In this document: one piece after another, positions 9,149 through 20,545 of the stretch | How positions within the stretch are numbered: position 1 is the stretch's first letter | How the letters are laid out: every line of letters begins with the position of its first letter | DNA from: Variovorax sp. YR752 | GTDB lineage: Bacteria; Pseudomonadota; Gammaproteobacteria; Burkholderiales; Burkholderiaceae_C | Direction of reading: 5' to 3' | Assembly: GCA_945860785.1 (NCBI GenBank) | Contig: CAMATD010000001.1 | Location: forward strand, 6,518-70,517 | DNA length: 64,000 nucleotides | Notes under the pieces: model-generated | What the model was told of the DNA's origin: nothing | Seen by the model: the letters and a program-made list of their open reading frames with translations, nothing else | The model's database searches: none | Position numbers and translations under genes: made by a program

Positions 9149-11547
9149 ATGACTTCGAACACCTCGCGCTCCCGGTTCTCGTTGACGGCCCTGTCCCTGG
9201 GCTTGGCGCCCTGCTCGCTTCCTGTGCCAGCACGCTGCCACCCGGCAGCCGCAGCGTGACCATCGAACGCACCACCTTCGGCATCGCGCACATCACAGCG
9301 CCCGACTACGAAGGCCTGGCCTACGGGAGCGCCTATGCGCATGCACAGGACAACGTCTGCCAGACCGCCGAGCATCTGCTGACGCTGCGCGGCGACCGCT
9401 CGCAGTTCCTCGGCGCGCAGAACACCGGCGACTTCGGCCTGGGCCGCATGCCCAACGCGCAGATCGACCTGTTCATCCGCTCGCACATGGACGACGCCGC
9501 ACTGGCACGCGCCGCGGCCACCACCAGCCCCGACGTGCAGGCCGCCTTGCGCGGCTACGTGGCGGGCTACAACCGCTACCTGCAGGATGCCGGCCCCAAT
9601 GGCCTGCCCGAAGCCTGCCGCGGCAAGCCCTGGGTGCGCCCGATGAGGCTGGCCGACCTGTCGCGCGCCACCGAGCAGTCGATGATCCAGGGCGGCCTGG
9701 GCGCGCTGGCCGGTGCCGTGCTGGCCGCGGTGCCGCCCCCGCCGGGCACGAAGGCCAGCGCTGCGCCGGTGGATCTGCAGCAGGCGGTCGCCGAGATCGG
9801 CCGCCACAGCTTCAACGCCAACCCCGAAGGCGGCGAGCTGGGCTCCAACGGCTGGGCCTTCGGCCGCAATGCCACACCCGACGGCCGTGGCCTGCTGCTG
9901 GGCAACCCGCATTTCCCGTGGACCGGCACCAACCGTTTCTGGGAAATGCACCTCACCATTCCCGGCAAGCTCGACGTGATGGGCGCCACCGGCGGCCTGA
10001 GCCCCGTGGTGTCGATCGGCTTCAACAAGGACGTGGCCTGGACCCACACGGTGTCGACCGGCAAGCGCTTCACGCTGTACGAGCTCAAGCTCGATCCGAA
10101 CAACCCGACCGTGTACTGGGTCGACGGCCAGGCCCGCAAGATGGCCGCCTACACGATCACGCTGCCGGCCGAATCGGCAACGGGTGGCGCCGCCCCCGCG
10201 CAGCACACCTTCTATGCAACCGACTGGGGCCCCGTCATCTCGCTGCCGCGCGCCGGCCTCGGCTGGACCACGCAGAAGGCCTACGCGATCCGCGATGCCA
10301 ACACGCTCAACGTGCGCTCGGCCGAGAGCTGGATGAAGATGGCGCTCGCGCGCAACGTGGCCGAGCTGCGCGCCGCCATGGGCAACCAGGGCATGCCGTG
10401 GATCAACACCATCGCGGCCGACCGCGACGGCAACGCGATGTACGCCGACCTGTCGGTGGTGCCCGACGTGTCGGCCGAGATGCTCAAGGCCTGCGCGCCC
10501 TCGCCCGCCGCGGCCGCGCTGCTCAATACGGCCGGCCTCGCCGTGCTCGACGGCTCGCGCAGCGCCTGCGCCTGGAACCGCGACAGCACGGCCGCCGCGC
10601 CCGGCATCATCGCGCCGGCCCGCATGCCGGTGGTCGTCACGCCGGACTGGGTGCAGAACAGCAACGACAGCTTCTGGCTCAGCAATCCGCATGTGCCGCC
10701 GATGGCGGGCGTCTCGCCGCTGGTCGGCCCCGTCGGCGTGCCGCAGCGGCTGCGCACGCGCAGCGGCATCATGGAAATCGAAGGCCGCCTCGCCGGCAGG
10801 GACGGCCTGCCCGGCAACCGCATGGGCGCGGCCGAGCTGCGCAGCGTGATCTTCCGCGACAAGAACCTCGCCGGCATGCTGGTGATGGACGACCTGCAGG
10901 CCGCGTGCGCGGCCACCGGTGCTGCGCTGAATGCCGACCAGGCCCTGGGCTGCCGCGTGCTCTCCGCATGGGACCGCACCAGCAATGCCGATTCGAAGGG
11001 TGCCGCGCTGTTCCGCGAGTTCTGGCGCAAGGCCAAGGACCTGCCGAAGGTCTGGCGCGTGCCTTTCGATCCCGCGCAACCTGTGGCAACACCGGCCGGC
11101 CTCGACATGGCCACGCCGGCCACGCGCGATGCGGTGTTCAAGGCGCTCGGCGATGCGGTCGGCGTGGTCCGCACCGCGGGCTTCGCGGCCGACGTGCCGC
11201 TGGGCGTGCCGCAGTCGCGCACCGTGCGCGGCCAGAAGATCGCGCTGCACGGTGGCGACGAATTCGAAGGCGTGCTCAACAAGCTCGAATCGCAAGGCCA
11301 GTCGCTGATCGATCCGAAGGGCTACAACGTCAACTACGGCAGCAGCTACATGCAGATCGTGACCTTCGACGAGCGCGGCCCGGTCGCGCAAGGCTTGCTC
11401 ACCTACGGGCAGAGCAGCGACCTCACCTCGCCGCGCGCCTACGATCAGCTGCCGCTGTTCGCAGCAAAGCAATGGCATGCGCTGCCGTTCCATGCTGCCG
11501 ATGTGCAGGCGCAGCGCGAAGGCAAGCCGCTGCAGCTTGCGTACTGA
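9149..11547 (+). pseudogene. Penicillin-acylase family Ntn hydrolase (AHL-acylase-like), probable 1-bp deletion in signal peptide near 9207
   Basis: FGIAHI...YAHAQDN and beta-subunit GSNGWAFG...LLGNPHFPW. The plausible ATG 9149 (MTSNTSRSRFSLTALSLGLA) is out of frame with LLASC and the body. Confidence 0.75.
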
Positions 11548-11561
11548 CAAAGACAGAACGC

Positions 11562-12203
11562 ATGTCACAGACCACGCCATCCCACAGCGCCGCGGGCGGC
11601 CTCGACCAATTGATCCGCATTGCCGAGGCGCAGCCGCTTTCGCCGGTCTGCGATCACTTCTACTTCCTGCGCCACGGTCAGACCGGCCGCAACGCGCAGC
11701 GCATCTTCCAGGCGGTCGACGAGCCGCTGAGCGAGCTCGGCCTGCGGCAGGCGGCGCATGCCGCAGGGCTGCTGGCGGGCGAGCCGATCCGCACCATCGT
11801 CTGCAGCGATGCGCGGCGCGCCTTCGACACCGCCCACACCGTGGCGGCGGCGCTTCGGCTCACGCCCACGGCGCAGGTCGAACTGCGCGAGCGCAACTTC
11901 GGCGCACTGATCGGCACCTCGTCGGTCAACATCGATTGGGCCTGCGAACCCGAGGGCGGCGAGACGCTGACGCAGTTCGTCGCCCGCAAGCGCGCCGCGC
12001 TGGCCGCGGCCCTCCAACAACCCGCACCGATGCTGGTGGTGGCGCACGGCGGCACCCTGTATGCACTGGCCGCCCTGCTCGGCGTGCCCATCGACACGAA
12101 CGTGCTCGGCAACGCGCAACCATTGCGTTTTGCGCGCAGCGGCCCTACATGGGCCATAACGCCGCTGCTGCGGCATGCCGACGGCGACGCGGCTCTGGCC
12201 TAG
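11562..12203 (+). CDS. Histidine phosphatase (phosphoglycerate mutase-like) family protein
   Basis: FLRHGQT, LRERNFG and VVAHGG motifs. Confidence 0.88.
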   Translation: MSQTTPSHSAAGGLDQLIRIAEAQPLSPVCDHFYFLRHGQTGRNAQRIFQAVDEPLSELGLRQAAHAAGLLAGEPIRTIVCSDARRAFDTAHTVAAALRLTPTAQVELRERNFGALIGTSSVNIDWACEPEGGETLTQFVARKRAALAAALQQPAPMLVVAHGGTLYALAALLGVPIDTNVLGNAQPLRFARSGPTWAITPLLRHADGDAALA

Positions 12204-12244
12204 CCGGGCCGCCCAGTACGCCGTCCACCGAACCAACCGCCATC

Positions 12245-13207
12245 ATGGAATTCAAGGACTACTACAGCGCACTGGGCATCGAACGCACCGCGTCCGACGA
12301 CGAGGTGCGCAAGGCCTACCGCAAGCTCGCACGCAAGTACCACCCCGACGTCAGCAAGGAGCCCGACGCCGAGAAGCGCATGCGCGACATCAACGAGGCC
12401 AACGACGTGCTGCGCGACAAGGAAAAGCGCGCCGCCTACGACGCGCTGGCCGACCGCGTCGCGCGCGGCGGCAGCCCCGAGGGCGACTTCCAGCCGCCGC
12501 CGGGCTGGGACTCAGGCTTCGAGTTTCACCGCGGCCCGAACCAGGGCCCGGCCGACCATGCGGACTTCAGCGAGTTCTTCTCGTCGCTGTTCGGCGAGGC
12601 CGAGCGGCGCGGGGCGACACGGCAGAACTACCGCGCACGCAGCGAGGACCACCACGCGGCCATCGAGATCGCACTGGAAGACGCGCTCAACGGCGCCGAG
12701 CGCGAGATCACGCTGCGCGCACAAACTGTCGATGCGCAAGGCCGCCCGCAGTGGGAGAACCGCACGCTCAGCGTCAAGATCCCGCCGGGTGTGCATCCCG
12801 GTCAATTCATCCGTCTCGCGGGGCAAGGCATGCCCGGCCACGGCGGCGAGCCGGCCGGCGACCTGTATCTCGAGGTGCGCATCGCGCCGCACAAGCTCTA
12901 CCGCGTGGAAGAACGCGACATCTACATGACGCTGCCCGTCACGCCCTCCGAGGCGGCGCTGGGTGCGCAGGTGCAGGTGCCGACACCGAGCGGCGGCGTG
13001 GTCGAGGTCACGGTGCCGCGCAATGCGCGCAGCGGCATGAAGCTGCGGCTCAAAGGGCGCGGGCTCAAGGGCAAGACGCCCGGCGACTTGTACCTGCTGA
13101 TCGAGATCGCGCTGCCGCCGGCCGACAGCGACGAGACACGCAAGGCCTACGAGCAACTGGCGCAGGCGGCCTCTTCGTTCAACCCGCGCCAGCACCTGGG
13201 AGTCTGA
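12245..13207 (+). CDS. cbpA: DnaJ-class chaperone CbpA
   Basis: MEFKDYY...KYHPDVSK J-domain and DnaJ C-terminal domain, no Zn finger. Confidence 0.93.
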   Translation: MEFKDYYSALGIERTASDDEVRKAYRKLARKYHPDVSKEPDAEKRMRDINEANDVLRDKEKRAAYDALADRVARGGSPEGDFQPPPGWDSGFEFHRGPNQGPADHADFSEFFSSLFGEAERRGATRQNYRARSEDHHAAIEIALEDALNGAEREITLRAQTVDAQGRPQWENRTLSVKIPPGVHPGQFIRLAGQGMPGHGGEPAGDLYLEVRIAPHKLYRVEERDIYMTLPVTPSEAALGAQVQVPTPSGGVVEVTVPRNARSGMKLRLKGRGLKGKTPGDLYLLIEIALPPADSDETRKAYEQLAQAASSFNPRQHLGV

Positions 13208-13209
13208 AC

Positions 13210-13527
13210 ATGGCGACTATTTCCGTCACAACCGCAACCGCCATCAGCGCTTCGCAACCGCTCGCGCTGCACGAACTGGCCCATGCCGTCGGCGCCGACA
13301 CCGCCTGGGTGGTGCAACTGGTCGAGGTCGGCATCGTGCAGATCACGGCGGCCGAAGCGCCGCCCGAACGTTGGCAGTTCTCGAGCACCGACCTGCAATA
13401 TGCGCTCGAGGCGCGCCGGCTCGAACGCGACTTCGGCGTGGGCCTCGACGCCGCCGCGCTGATCCTCGATCTTCAGCACGAGGTGCGGCGGCTCAAGGCC
13501 GTGCTGCAGGTGCACGGCCTCCGTTAG
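13210..13527 (+). CDS. cbpM: Chaperone modulator CbpM (MerR-like)
   Basis: WVVQLVEVGI...ARRLERDFGVGLDAAALILDL, directly after cbpA. Confidence 0.88.
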   Translation: MATISVTTATAISASQPLALHELAHAVGADTAWVVQLVEVGIVQITAAEAPPERWQFSSTDLQYALEARRLERDFGVGLDAAALILDLQHEVRRLKAVLQVHGLR

Positions 13528-13571
13528 AGGCTGTCTACGATCTGCTCGGGGCCCTGTGCACGCGCCCCGAA
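13527..13571 (+). repeat. Deleted remnant of the MITE/REP-like element (terminus fused to distal end)
   Basis: GAGGCTGTCTACGATCT resembles the element end, followed by gccctgtgcacgcgccccgaa; starts at the cbpM stop. Confidence 0.7.
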
Positions 13572-13590
13572 TGCACCCGCACCGCGCCTG

Positions 13591-15319
13591 CTACTGCATC
13601 TGCTGCAGATTCCCGATGCGCACCAGCATCTCGGTGAACATCTGCAGATCGGCGTCGAGGTCGGGCACTTCCTTGTACTCCTTGGCGTTGTGCCCCGTGT
13701 ACTTCTTGCCGGGCATGCCGGGGCCGAAGCTGATCGCGTTGGGCATCTGCTTGGCCGTGGTGGCGCCAGCCGCGGACACCGGCTGGGCTTCGAGGCCGGT
13801 GGTGTCGCCGTAGATGTCGAGCAGCGTCGAGAGCCACCGGCCCGAGGGGTCGCGCGCCATCCAGTTGCCCTGGTCGTACTTGATCTCGACCTTAGCCTTG
13901 TTCGCCGTGGCTCAGTCGTTGATCTTGGCTTCCACCTGCGTCTTCAGCTCTTCGGGCGTGCGGCCGCGCGGCATGCGCGTGTTGACCGCCACGACCAGCC
14001 GGCCGTCGGCGCCCGTGCGAATCAGGTTGGGAGAGAAGGTCAGCGGCCCCATGAAGTCGTCCTTGTACCCCAGGCCGATCTTCTCGCCGAGGTAACCGGT
14101 GCCGTAGAGCGTGTCGACGTACTTGATCGCTTTCAGGAACTGGTTGTCGGCCAGCGTGACGCCCGACTCCTGCAGGAACAGGCCGAGCCGCGGTAGCGGG
14201 TTCACGCCGTTCTGGGGTTCCGAGCCGTGGGCCGAGGTGCCGGTGACCTTGATGTCGACGCTGTCGGTGCCGCGCGAGACCGCGATCGCGAACTTGCCTT
14301 GCGGCTCGTACTTCTGCAGGAAGGCTGGCTTCGAGTTTCGCGAGCACGGCCGCGAGGTCACCGCCCTTGAGCGTGGCGGTGGCGGTCTGCGATATCGCGT
14401 TGACCGCAGCGGCTGCGCCCATGTCGGTGATCGCGGTGACAGCGCCCTCGGTCTTCTCCGCGGGGAAGAACACGCTCAGCGAACCTGCGCCCTTCTCGGC
14501 CACGACGGCAGGGTAGCCGCTGTCGAGCACGATGTTGTACTCCGGCAGCTTCGTCTTGCCGCGGTAGTACTCCATCGCATCGCCGCCGGTTTCCTCGGTG
14601 GTCTCGATCATCAGGCGCATGCTGCGCTGGATCGGGATACCGCTTTCCTTCACCGTCTTCATCGCATAGAGCACGGCCGCGATCGAGCCCTTGTCGTCGA
14701 TGGTGCCGCGGCCGTAGAGGCGGTCGCCCACGCGGACCATCGTGAACGGATCGAGCCGCGTGCCGTCATCGAGCACCCATTCGGACAGCACCGCGGGCAC
14801 CACGTCCGAATGCGTGAGGATGCCGAACTCTTCAGTGCCCTTGCCCTTGAGGCTGACTTCGAAGATGCGGTTGTCGACGTTGCGGTAGGCGAGGCCGAAG
14901 TCTTTCGCCATCTTCTCGACCCGCTTGCCGAAGTCGATGATCGTCGGGTTCTCGTGCGGCGGGATCTGCACGTTGCGCGCCGTCGGCAGCGCCACCATGG
15001 CACCGAGGCTCGCGATGACCGCCTTCTGGTTGTGCAGGCGGTTGTAGAGGCCGAGCAGGCGCGCGATGTTGGTGAGGGCATCGCCGGCCAGCGGTGCCTT
15101 CTTGCGGTAGGCGGCCACGGCGGGTTTCAGCGCGGGGTTGGCCTTCTCCGCCTGGGCCAGGAAAGCATTGAAGCTGGACGCGGGCTTGCCGCTTTGCCAG
15201 GCTGCGGCCAGCTGGTCGAGCGCGGGTTTCTTGAGCGTCTCTGCAAAGGCCGGTGCGGTGAGGCCGATTGCCATCAAGCCCATGGTAAGGGCCGGCAAAG
15301 AGAAGCGAAATTGCTGCAT
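13591..15319 (-). pseudogene. Secreted M20 dipeptidase (PepV-like), copy 1
   Basis: LTHSDVVP, YGRGTIDDKG and TEETG motifs; small deletion/frameshift near 14335 and TGA at 13912-13914 (W in copy 2). Confidence 0.85.
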
Positions 15320-15438
15320 GAGCGTGACTCCCTGTTCACAAAAATGGAAGCCTTCGACAATACCCGAGCTACGTCTTGCGACATGCCTCTTCGTGCTACG
15401 AAGAAACGTTGCAGAGGCATAAGGAGGTACGACTTTTG

Positions 15439-15592
15439 GGCCCATCTACGATCTATTTGGGGGCACATTGAGGCTTGTTGTTCGGGGCGCGCTCACGCCG
15501 ACGGTGTGCTCTGCTCCGCGAATGTCCCCCGCTTCGCTCCTCCTTTATTTCGCTGCGGGGAGTACCCGGTGCCCTGTGCACGCACCCCGAAC
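15439..15592 (+). repeat. Collapsed single-core copy of the MITE/REP-like element
   Basis: tacgatctatttggg...tcacgccgacggtgtgctctgc + core + gggagtacccggtgccctgtgcacgcaccccgaa. Confidence 0.85.
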
Positions 15593-15623
15593 GCACGCGC
15601 ACGGGCCAAGCATCGCGCCGGCT

Positions 15624-17361
15624 TTACTGCATCTGCTGCAGATTCCCAATGCGCAGCAGCATCTCGGTGAACATCTGCATGTCGGCATCAAGGTCCGGCA
15701 CTTCCTTGTATTCCTTGGCGTTGTGCGCGGTGTACTTCTTGCCGGGCATCGCCGGGCCGAAGTTGATCGCGTTGGGCATCAGCTTGGCTGTCGTGCTGCC
15801 GGCCGTGGACACCGGCTGGGCTTCGAGGCCGGTGGTGTCGCCGTAGATGTCGAGCAGGGTCGAGAGCCATGCGCCCTTGGGGTCGCGTGCCATCCAGTTG
15901 CCCTGGTCGTAGTTGACTTCGAGCTTCACCTGATTCGCGGCGGCCCAGCCATCGACCTTCGCTGCCACCTGTGCCTTCAATTCGTCGGGCGTGCGGCCGC
16001 GCGGCATGCGCACGTTGACCGTGACTTCGAGCTTGCCGTCCGCGCCCATTCGGATCAGGTTGGGCGAGAAGGTCAGCGGCCCCATGAAGTCGTCCTTGTA
16101 GCCCAGGCCCATCTTCTCGCCGAGGTAGCCGGTGCCGTAGAGCGCGTCGATGTACTTCACGGCCTTCAGGTAGTGATTGGCGGCGAGCGGCGCACCGGAC
16201 TCCTGCAGGAACAGCGCGAGGCGCGGCAGTGGGTTCACGCCCTCTTCGGGCCGCGAGCCGTGGGCCGAGACGCCCGTGACCTTCAGCTCGATGCTGTCCG
16301 CACCGCGTGCGACGTCGATGGAGAACTTGCCGCCCTGCCCTTCGTACTTCTGCAGGAAGGCTGGCTTGGCGGCTTCGAGCTGTGCGGCAACCGCTGCAAG
16401 ATCGCCGCCCTTGAGCGTGGCGGTGGCCGTCTGCGAAATCGCATTGGCCGATGCGGCACCGCTCATCGCGGTGATCGCGGTCGAAGCACCGTCGGTCGCT
16501 TCCGAGGGGAAGAACACCTTCAGCGCGCCCGACCCCTTCTCGGCCACCACCGCGGGGTACTTGCTGTCGAGCACGATGTTGTAGGCCGGCAGCTGCGTCT
16601 TCGTGCGGTAGTACACCATCGCATCGCCACCGGTCTCCTCGGAGGTCTCGATCATCAGGCGGATGCTGCGGTCGATGGGCAGGCCGCTGTCCTTCACGGC
16701 CTTCATCGCGTAGAGCACGGCGGCGATCGAGCCCTTGTCGTCGATGGTGCCGCGGCCGTAGAGGTAGTCGCCCACGCGGGCCATCTTGAAGGGGTCGAGG
16801 CGCGTGCCCGTCGTCGAGCACCCATTCGGAGAGCACTGCGGGCACCACGTCGGCGTGCGTGAGGATGCCGAACTCCTCGCTGCCCCTGCCCTTCAGGCTG
16901 ACCTCGAAGATGCGGTTGTCGACATTGCGGTACGCGAGCCCGAAGTCTTTCGCCATCTTCTCGACCAGCTTGCCGAACTCGATGATGGGTGGGCTTTCAT
17001 GCGGCGGCACCTGCACGTTGCGCACCGTGGGTATCGCCACCATCGTGCCGATGCTCGCGATCACGGCCTGCTGATTCTGCAGGCGGTTGTAGAGACCGAG
17101 CAGGCGCGCGATGTTGATGAGGTCGTCGCCCGCCAGCGGCGCCTTCTTGCGGTAGGCTGCCACGCTGGGCCGCAGCGCGGGATTGGCCTTGGCAGCCTGG
17201 GTCAGGAAGGCGTTGAAGTCGGCGGGCGCCTTGCCGCTTTGCCATGCCGCGGCCAGCTGAGCGAGCGCGGGCTTCTTGAGGGTGTCGGCGAAGGCCGGTG
17301 CACCAAGGCCGAGCGCGAGGCCCAATGAAAGGGCCGACGATGAAAATCGAAAATGCTGCAT
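15624..17361 (-). pseudogene. Secreted M20 dipeptidase (PepV-like), copy 2, +1 frameshift near 16808
   Basis: Close paralogue of 13591-15319 (identical C-terminus IGNLQQMQ); extra C in gcccg splits WVLDDG from TRLDPF. Confidence 0.85.
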
Positions 17362-17424
17362 CAGGGTGACTCCCTCATTCTGAAAACATCTCCCGACGAT
17401 AGCCGAGCGAAGAAAAACCGAACA

Positions 17425-17997
17425 ATGAACAGCACCACCACCCAAACCCGCTGCGCCTGGGCCCAGACCGACCCGCTGCTGGCCGACTACCACGATGCCG
17501 AATGGGGCGTGCCCGAACGCGACAGCCGCGCGCTGTGGGAAAAGCTGATGCTCGACGGCTTCCAGGCCGGCCTGTCGTGGCTCACCATCCTGCGCAAGCG
17601 CGATGCGTTCCGCAAGGCCTTCAAGGGTTTCGTGCCCGAGAAGATCGTCAAATTCACCGCCGCCGACGTCGACCGGCTGATGCTGGACGCCGGCATCGTG
17701 CGTTCGCGCTCGAAGATCGAGGCGACCATCGGCAATGCGCGCGCCTACTTGGCCATGCAGGCCGCGGGCGAGGATTTTTCAGAGTTCGTCTGGGGCATGG
17801 CGGGCGGCAAGCCCATCGTCAACAAGACCGGCAAGGTGCCGACCCAGACGCCGCTGTCGGAAGAGATGTCGAAGGCGCTCAAGAAGCGAGGCTTCAAGTT
17901 CGTCGGGCCGGTGATTGTCTATGCGTGGATGCAGGCCACGGGCATCGTCGACGACCATGCGCCGGATTGCCACCGGCACGGATCGAAGCGCAAATGA
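17425..17997 (+). CDS. tag: DNA-3-methyladenine glycosylase I
   Basis: RCAW...YHDAEWG, FQAGLSWLTILRKR and GFKFVGP...GIVDDH..C. Confidence 0.95.
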   Translation: MNSTTTQTRCAWAQTDPLLADYHDAEWGVPERDSRALWEKLMLDGFQAGLSWLTILRKRDAFRKAFKGFVPEKIVKFTAADVDRLMLDAGIVRSRSKIEATIGNARAYLAMQAAGEDFSEFVWGMAGGKPIVNKTGKVPTQTPLSEEMSKALKKRGFKFVGPVIVYAWMQATGIVDDHAPDCHRHGSKRK

Positions 17998-18033
17998 AAA
18001 AACCGGACCGCGCTTTCGCACGGTCCGGTTTTT
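17997..18033. terminator. Bidirectional intrinsic terminator
   Basis: aaaaaaccggaccg-cgctttcgca-cggtccggttttt between convergent genes. Confidence 0.85.
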
Positions 18034-18076
18034 CTTTGGCTTGTGACCTGAAGCGGCTTGCGCCGCGACGGATTGA

Positions 18077-18430
18077 TTACAGGCCGGCTTGACGCGTGAA
18101 GGTCAGGCTTTTCGCTTGCGAGGGGATCACGCTGCCAGCGAAGGTTTCGGGGCGCAGGTTCTGGCCCGGTGCATGTGCTGCGGCAACAGCCTGATCGCGG
18201 ACGGTGGCGCGGTCGACCGAAGCGGCCAGCACGGGCGTCGCAGTCGACGGGGCGCCGCCGTTGTCGCCGTACACGTTGCCAGCGCGAGCGGCTGCAACAG
18301 CTTGGGGAGCCACGTCGGCACGGCTGTAGCCGGAGGTCAGGGGCTGCACGCCTTCGTAGGTTTCTGCGTGTGCGCCAGCGACGGCGAGCAGGGACAGAGC
18401 GGCGGCGGCGAGGATGTTCGAGGTCTTCAT
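18077..18430 (-). CDS. Small secreted Ala-rich protein (DUF4148-like repeats)
   Basis: Signal peptide ...AGAHA, repeated SRADV/DRATV..QAVAAA units; AAGGA RBS. Confidence 0.7.
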   Translation of the reverse strand: MKTSNILAAAALSLLAVAGAHAETYEGVQPLTSGYSRADVAPQAVAAARAGNVYGDNGGAPSTATPVLAASVDRATVRDQAVAAAHAPGQNLRPETFAGSVIPSQAKSLTFTRQAGL

Positions 18431-18593
18431 TTCAATTTCCTTCTTGATTGGACTTTGGGTGTCCTGAAGTTTGCACCACGATTCCGAGGGTAAACCCCAC
18501 TCAATCGAATCGCAGTGTTCATGAAATTGAAACAATGACGCGGAACTTTCTAACGAGGCTAAGTCAAGTGCCCGTTCAGCAGTTCAAAACCGG

Positions 18594-19472
18594 TCAATTT
18601 GCGTACTTTTTCTCTAGCTCGTCAAGCAAGGGCTTGCCGACAAGGCGCTGCCTCTCGGCAAACGGTGCGACCAGTGTCGGGTCCTTGTCGAGCCGCCGGG
18701 TGTCGCGCAGCACAGTCAAGGCACGTTGCATGCCAGCGACCGCGCCCTGCAATGCGGCATTGGCGTAGAGCACGAAGCCGTAGCCCAGCGAGCCGAGCTC
18801 TTCCGCCCCGAAGGTCGGTGTCTTGCCGCCGATCACCATGTTCATGAGCTGCGGCTTGTTCAGCCGCTGAGGCATCGCGCGCACTTCGTCGGCCAGCGTC
18901 ACGGCTTCCACGAACAGGATGTCGGCGCTGGCCTCGCTGAACTTCTGCGCGCGCTCGATGGTGGCCTCGAAGCCATGCACGGCCGCCGCATCGGTGCGAG
19001 CCATGATGAGCAGGTCGCTGTCCTGCCGCGCGTCGACGGCCGCCTTGATCTTGCCGAGCATCTCGTCGGTGTCGATCACCGCCTTGCCCGAGAAGTGGCC
19101 GCAGCGCTTGGGGCTGACCTGGTCTTCGAGCTGGATGCAGTCGGCCCCTGCCCGCTCGAGCACGCGCACCGTGTGCCGCACGTTGAGCGCATTGCCGAAG
19201 CCGGTGTCGGCATCGACCAAGAGCGGCAAGCCCACCGCATTGCGGATGCGCGCCGTGTGCTCGGCAATTTCATGCAGCCCCATGAAGGCCTGGTCGGGCA
19301 GGCCGAGGTACATGTTGGTCACGCCGGCGCCGGTAATGTAGATCGCCTCGCAGCCGAGGTCTTCGACCACGCGCGCCGACATCGCGTTGAATGCGCCCGG
19401 CACCAGCACGCCGCGGCGCGCCTCGGCCAGGCGGCGCAGGGTCTTCTTGGTGGATTCGTTGTTCGTGCTCAT
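18594..19472 (-). CDS. Isocitrate lyase/PEP mutase family enzyme (PrpB-like)
   Basis: LLVDADTGFGN, IQLEDQVSPKRCGH and MARTDA motifs. Confidence 0.88.
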   Translation of the reverse strand: MSTNNESTKKTLRRLAEARRGVLVPGAFNAMSARVVEDLGCEAIYITGAGVTNMYLGLPDQAFMGLHEIAEHTARIRNAVGLPLLVDADTGFGNALNVRHTVRVLERAGADCIQLEDQVSPKRCGHFSGKAVIDTDEMLGKIKAAVDARQDSDLLIMARTDAAAVHGFEATIERAQKFSEASADILFVEAVTLADEVRAMPQRLNKPQLMNMVIGGKTPTFGAEELGSLGYGFVLYANAALQGAVAGMQRALTVLRDTRRLDKDPTLVAPFAERQRLVGKPLLDELEKKYAN

Positions 19473-19479
19473 TGCGTTC

Positions 19480-20448
19480 CTAGTCTTCCTTCATGCCCGT
19501 GGCCTTGACCACGCTGCCCAGCCGCGCACGCTCTTCGTCGACAAATTTGGTGAACGAGGCGCGCGTGCCGCCGACGGGCTCGATGCCCATGCCCTTGAGG
19601 TGTTCGGCGGTGGCGGGCGTCTTCATCGCGGCGTCGATGGCCGCGGCCATCTTGTCGAGAATGGCATCGGGCGTGCCGCGCGGCGCGTGCACGCCGGCCC
19701 AGTGCGCGATGCGGATTTCGGGGAAGCCCTCTTCCGCTGCGGTCGGCAGTTGGGGATACGCCGAGATGCGCTGCGACCACGTACCCGCCAGCGCCTTGAG
19801 CTTGCCGCTCTTGATGTACGGCAGCACCACGATGCTGGCCTCCGACGTTGCCTCGACCTAGTTGCCGAGCACGGCGGTGATCGATTCGGAGCCGCTCTTG
19901 TAAGGCACCACGTCGAGCTTGCCGCCGTACTTCGTCTCCAGGATGCCTTCGACGAAATGCGGCGTGCTGCCGGTGCCCGCCGTCGCCCAGTGGAAGCCGT
20001 TGCCCGATTTCTTCGATGCGGCAACGAACTCCTTCAGGTCCTTGTAGGGCGCGTTCGCCGGCACCACCACCACCGAGGGCGCGAGCGCGATCATGGCCAC
20101 CGGCACCAGTGCGTCGTCCTTGTACGGCATGTTCTTCTTGATCATGCTGTTCGACACCACGCCGGCCGCGCTCACCAGAAAGGTGTAGCCATCGGGTGCG
20201 CTCTTGGCGACCACGTCGGCGCCGAGGATGGCGCCGGCGCCGGGCTTGTTGTCGATGATGATCGGCTGGCCCAGTTGCTTGGAGGCGCCCTCGGCCGCGG
20301 CACGCGCCATCAAGTCGTTGGCACCGCCTGCAGAGAACGGAACGACGAGCCGGATCGGCTTGGTGGGCCACGCCTGTGCAGCAGCCCCTTGAGCGAGCAT
20401 CGATGCCGCGAGCCCGACGGCGAGCGAGGCAAGGCGAAATGGAATCAT
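19480..20448 (-). pseudogene. Bug/TctC tricarboxylate-binding protein, TAG at 19858-19860
   Basis: WPTKPIRLVVPFSAGG, DNKPGAGA and VPYKSG motifs; GN*VEA (CAG to TAG inferred), frame continues. Confidence 0.88.
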
Positions 20449-20545
20449 GTTTGTTCTCCTGTGTTGTAGTGGGTGTGAAGAAGCCCGGTGGACCGGGCTT
20501 TTCATGATGCCACGCCCCTCTTTCCGGGGCCTTCCACAGGGCGAA

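Noticed and set aside
3302-13914. TGA-to-Trp recoding (genetic code 4) or Sec/Pyl insertion explaining in-frame stops
   Set aside because: TGA is the normal stop of many intact genes here, TAG also replaces inferred Trp and Gln codons, and frameshifts are equally common. Decay explains all of them.
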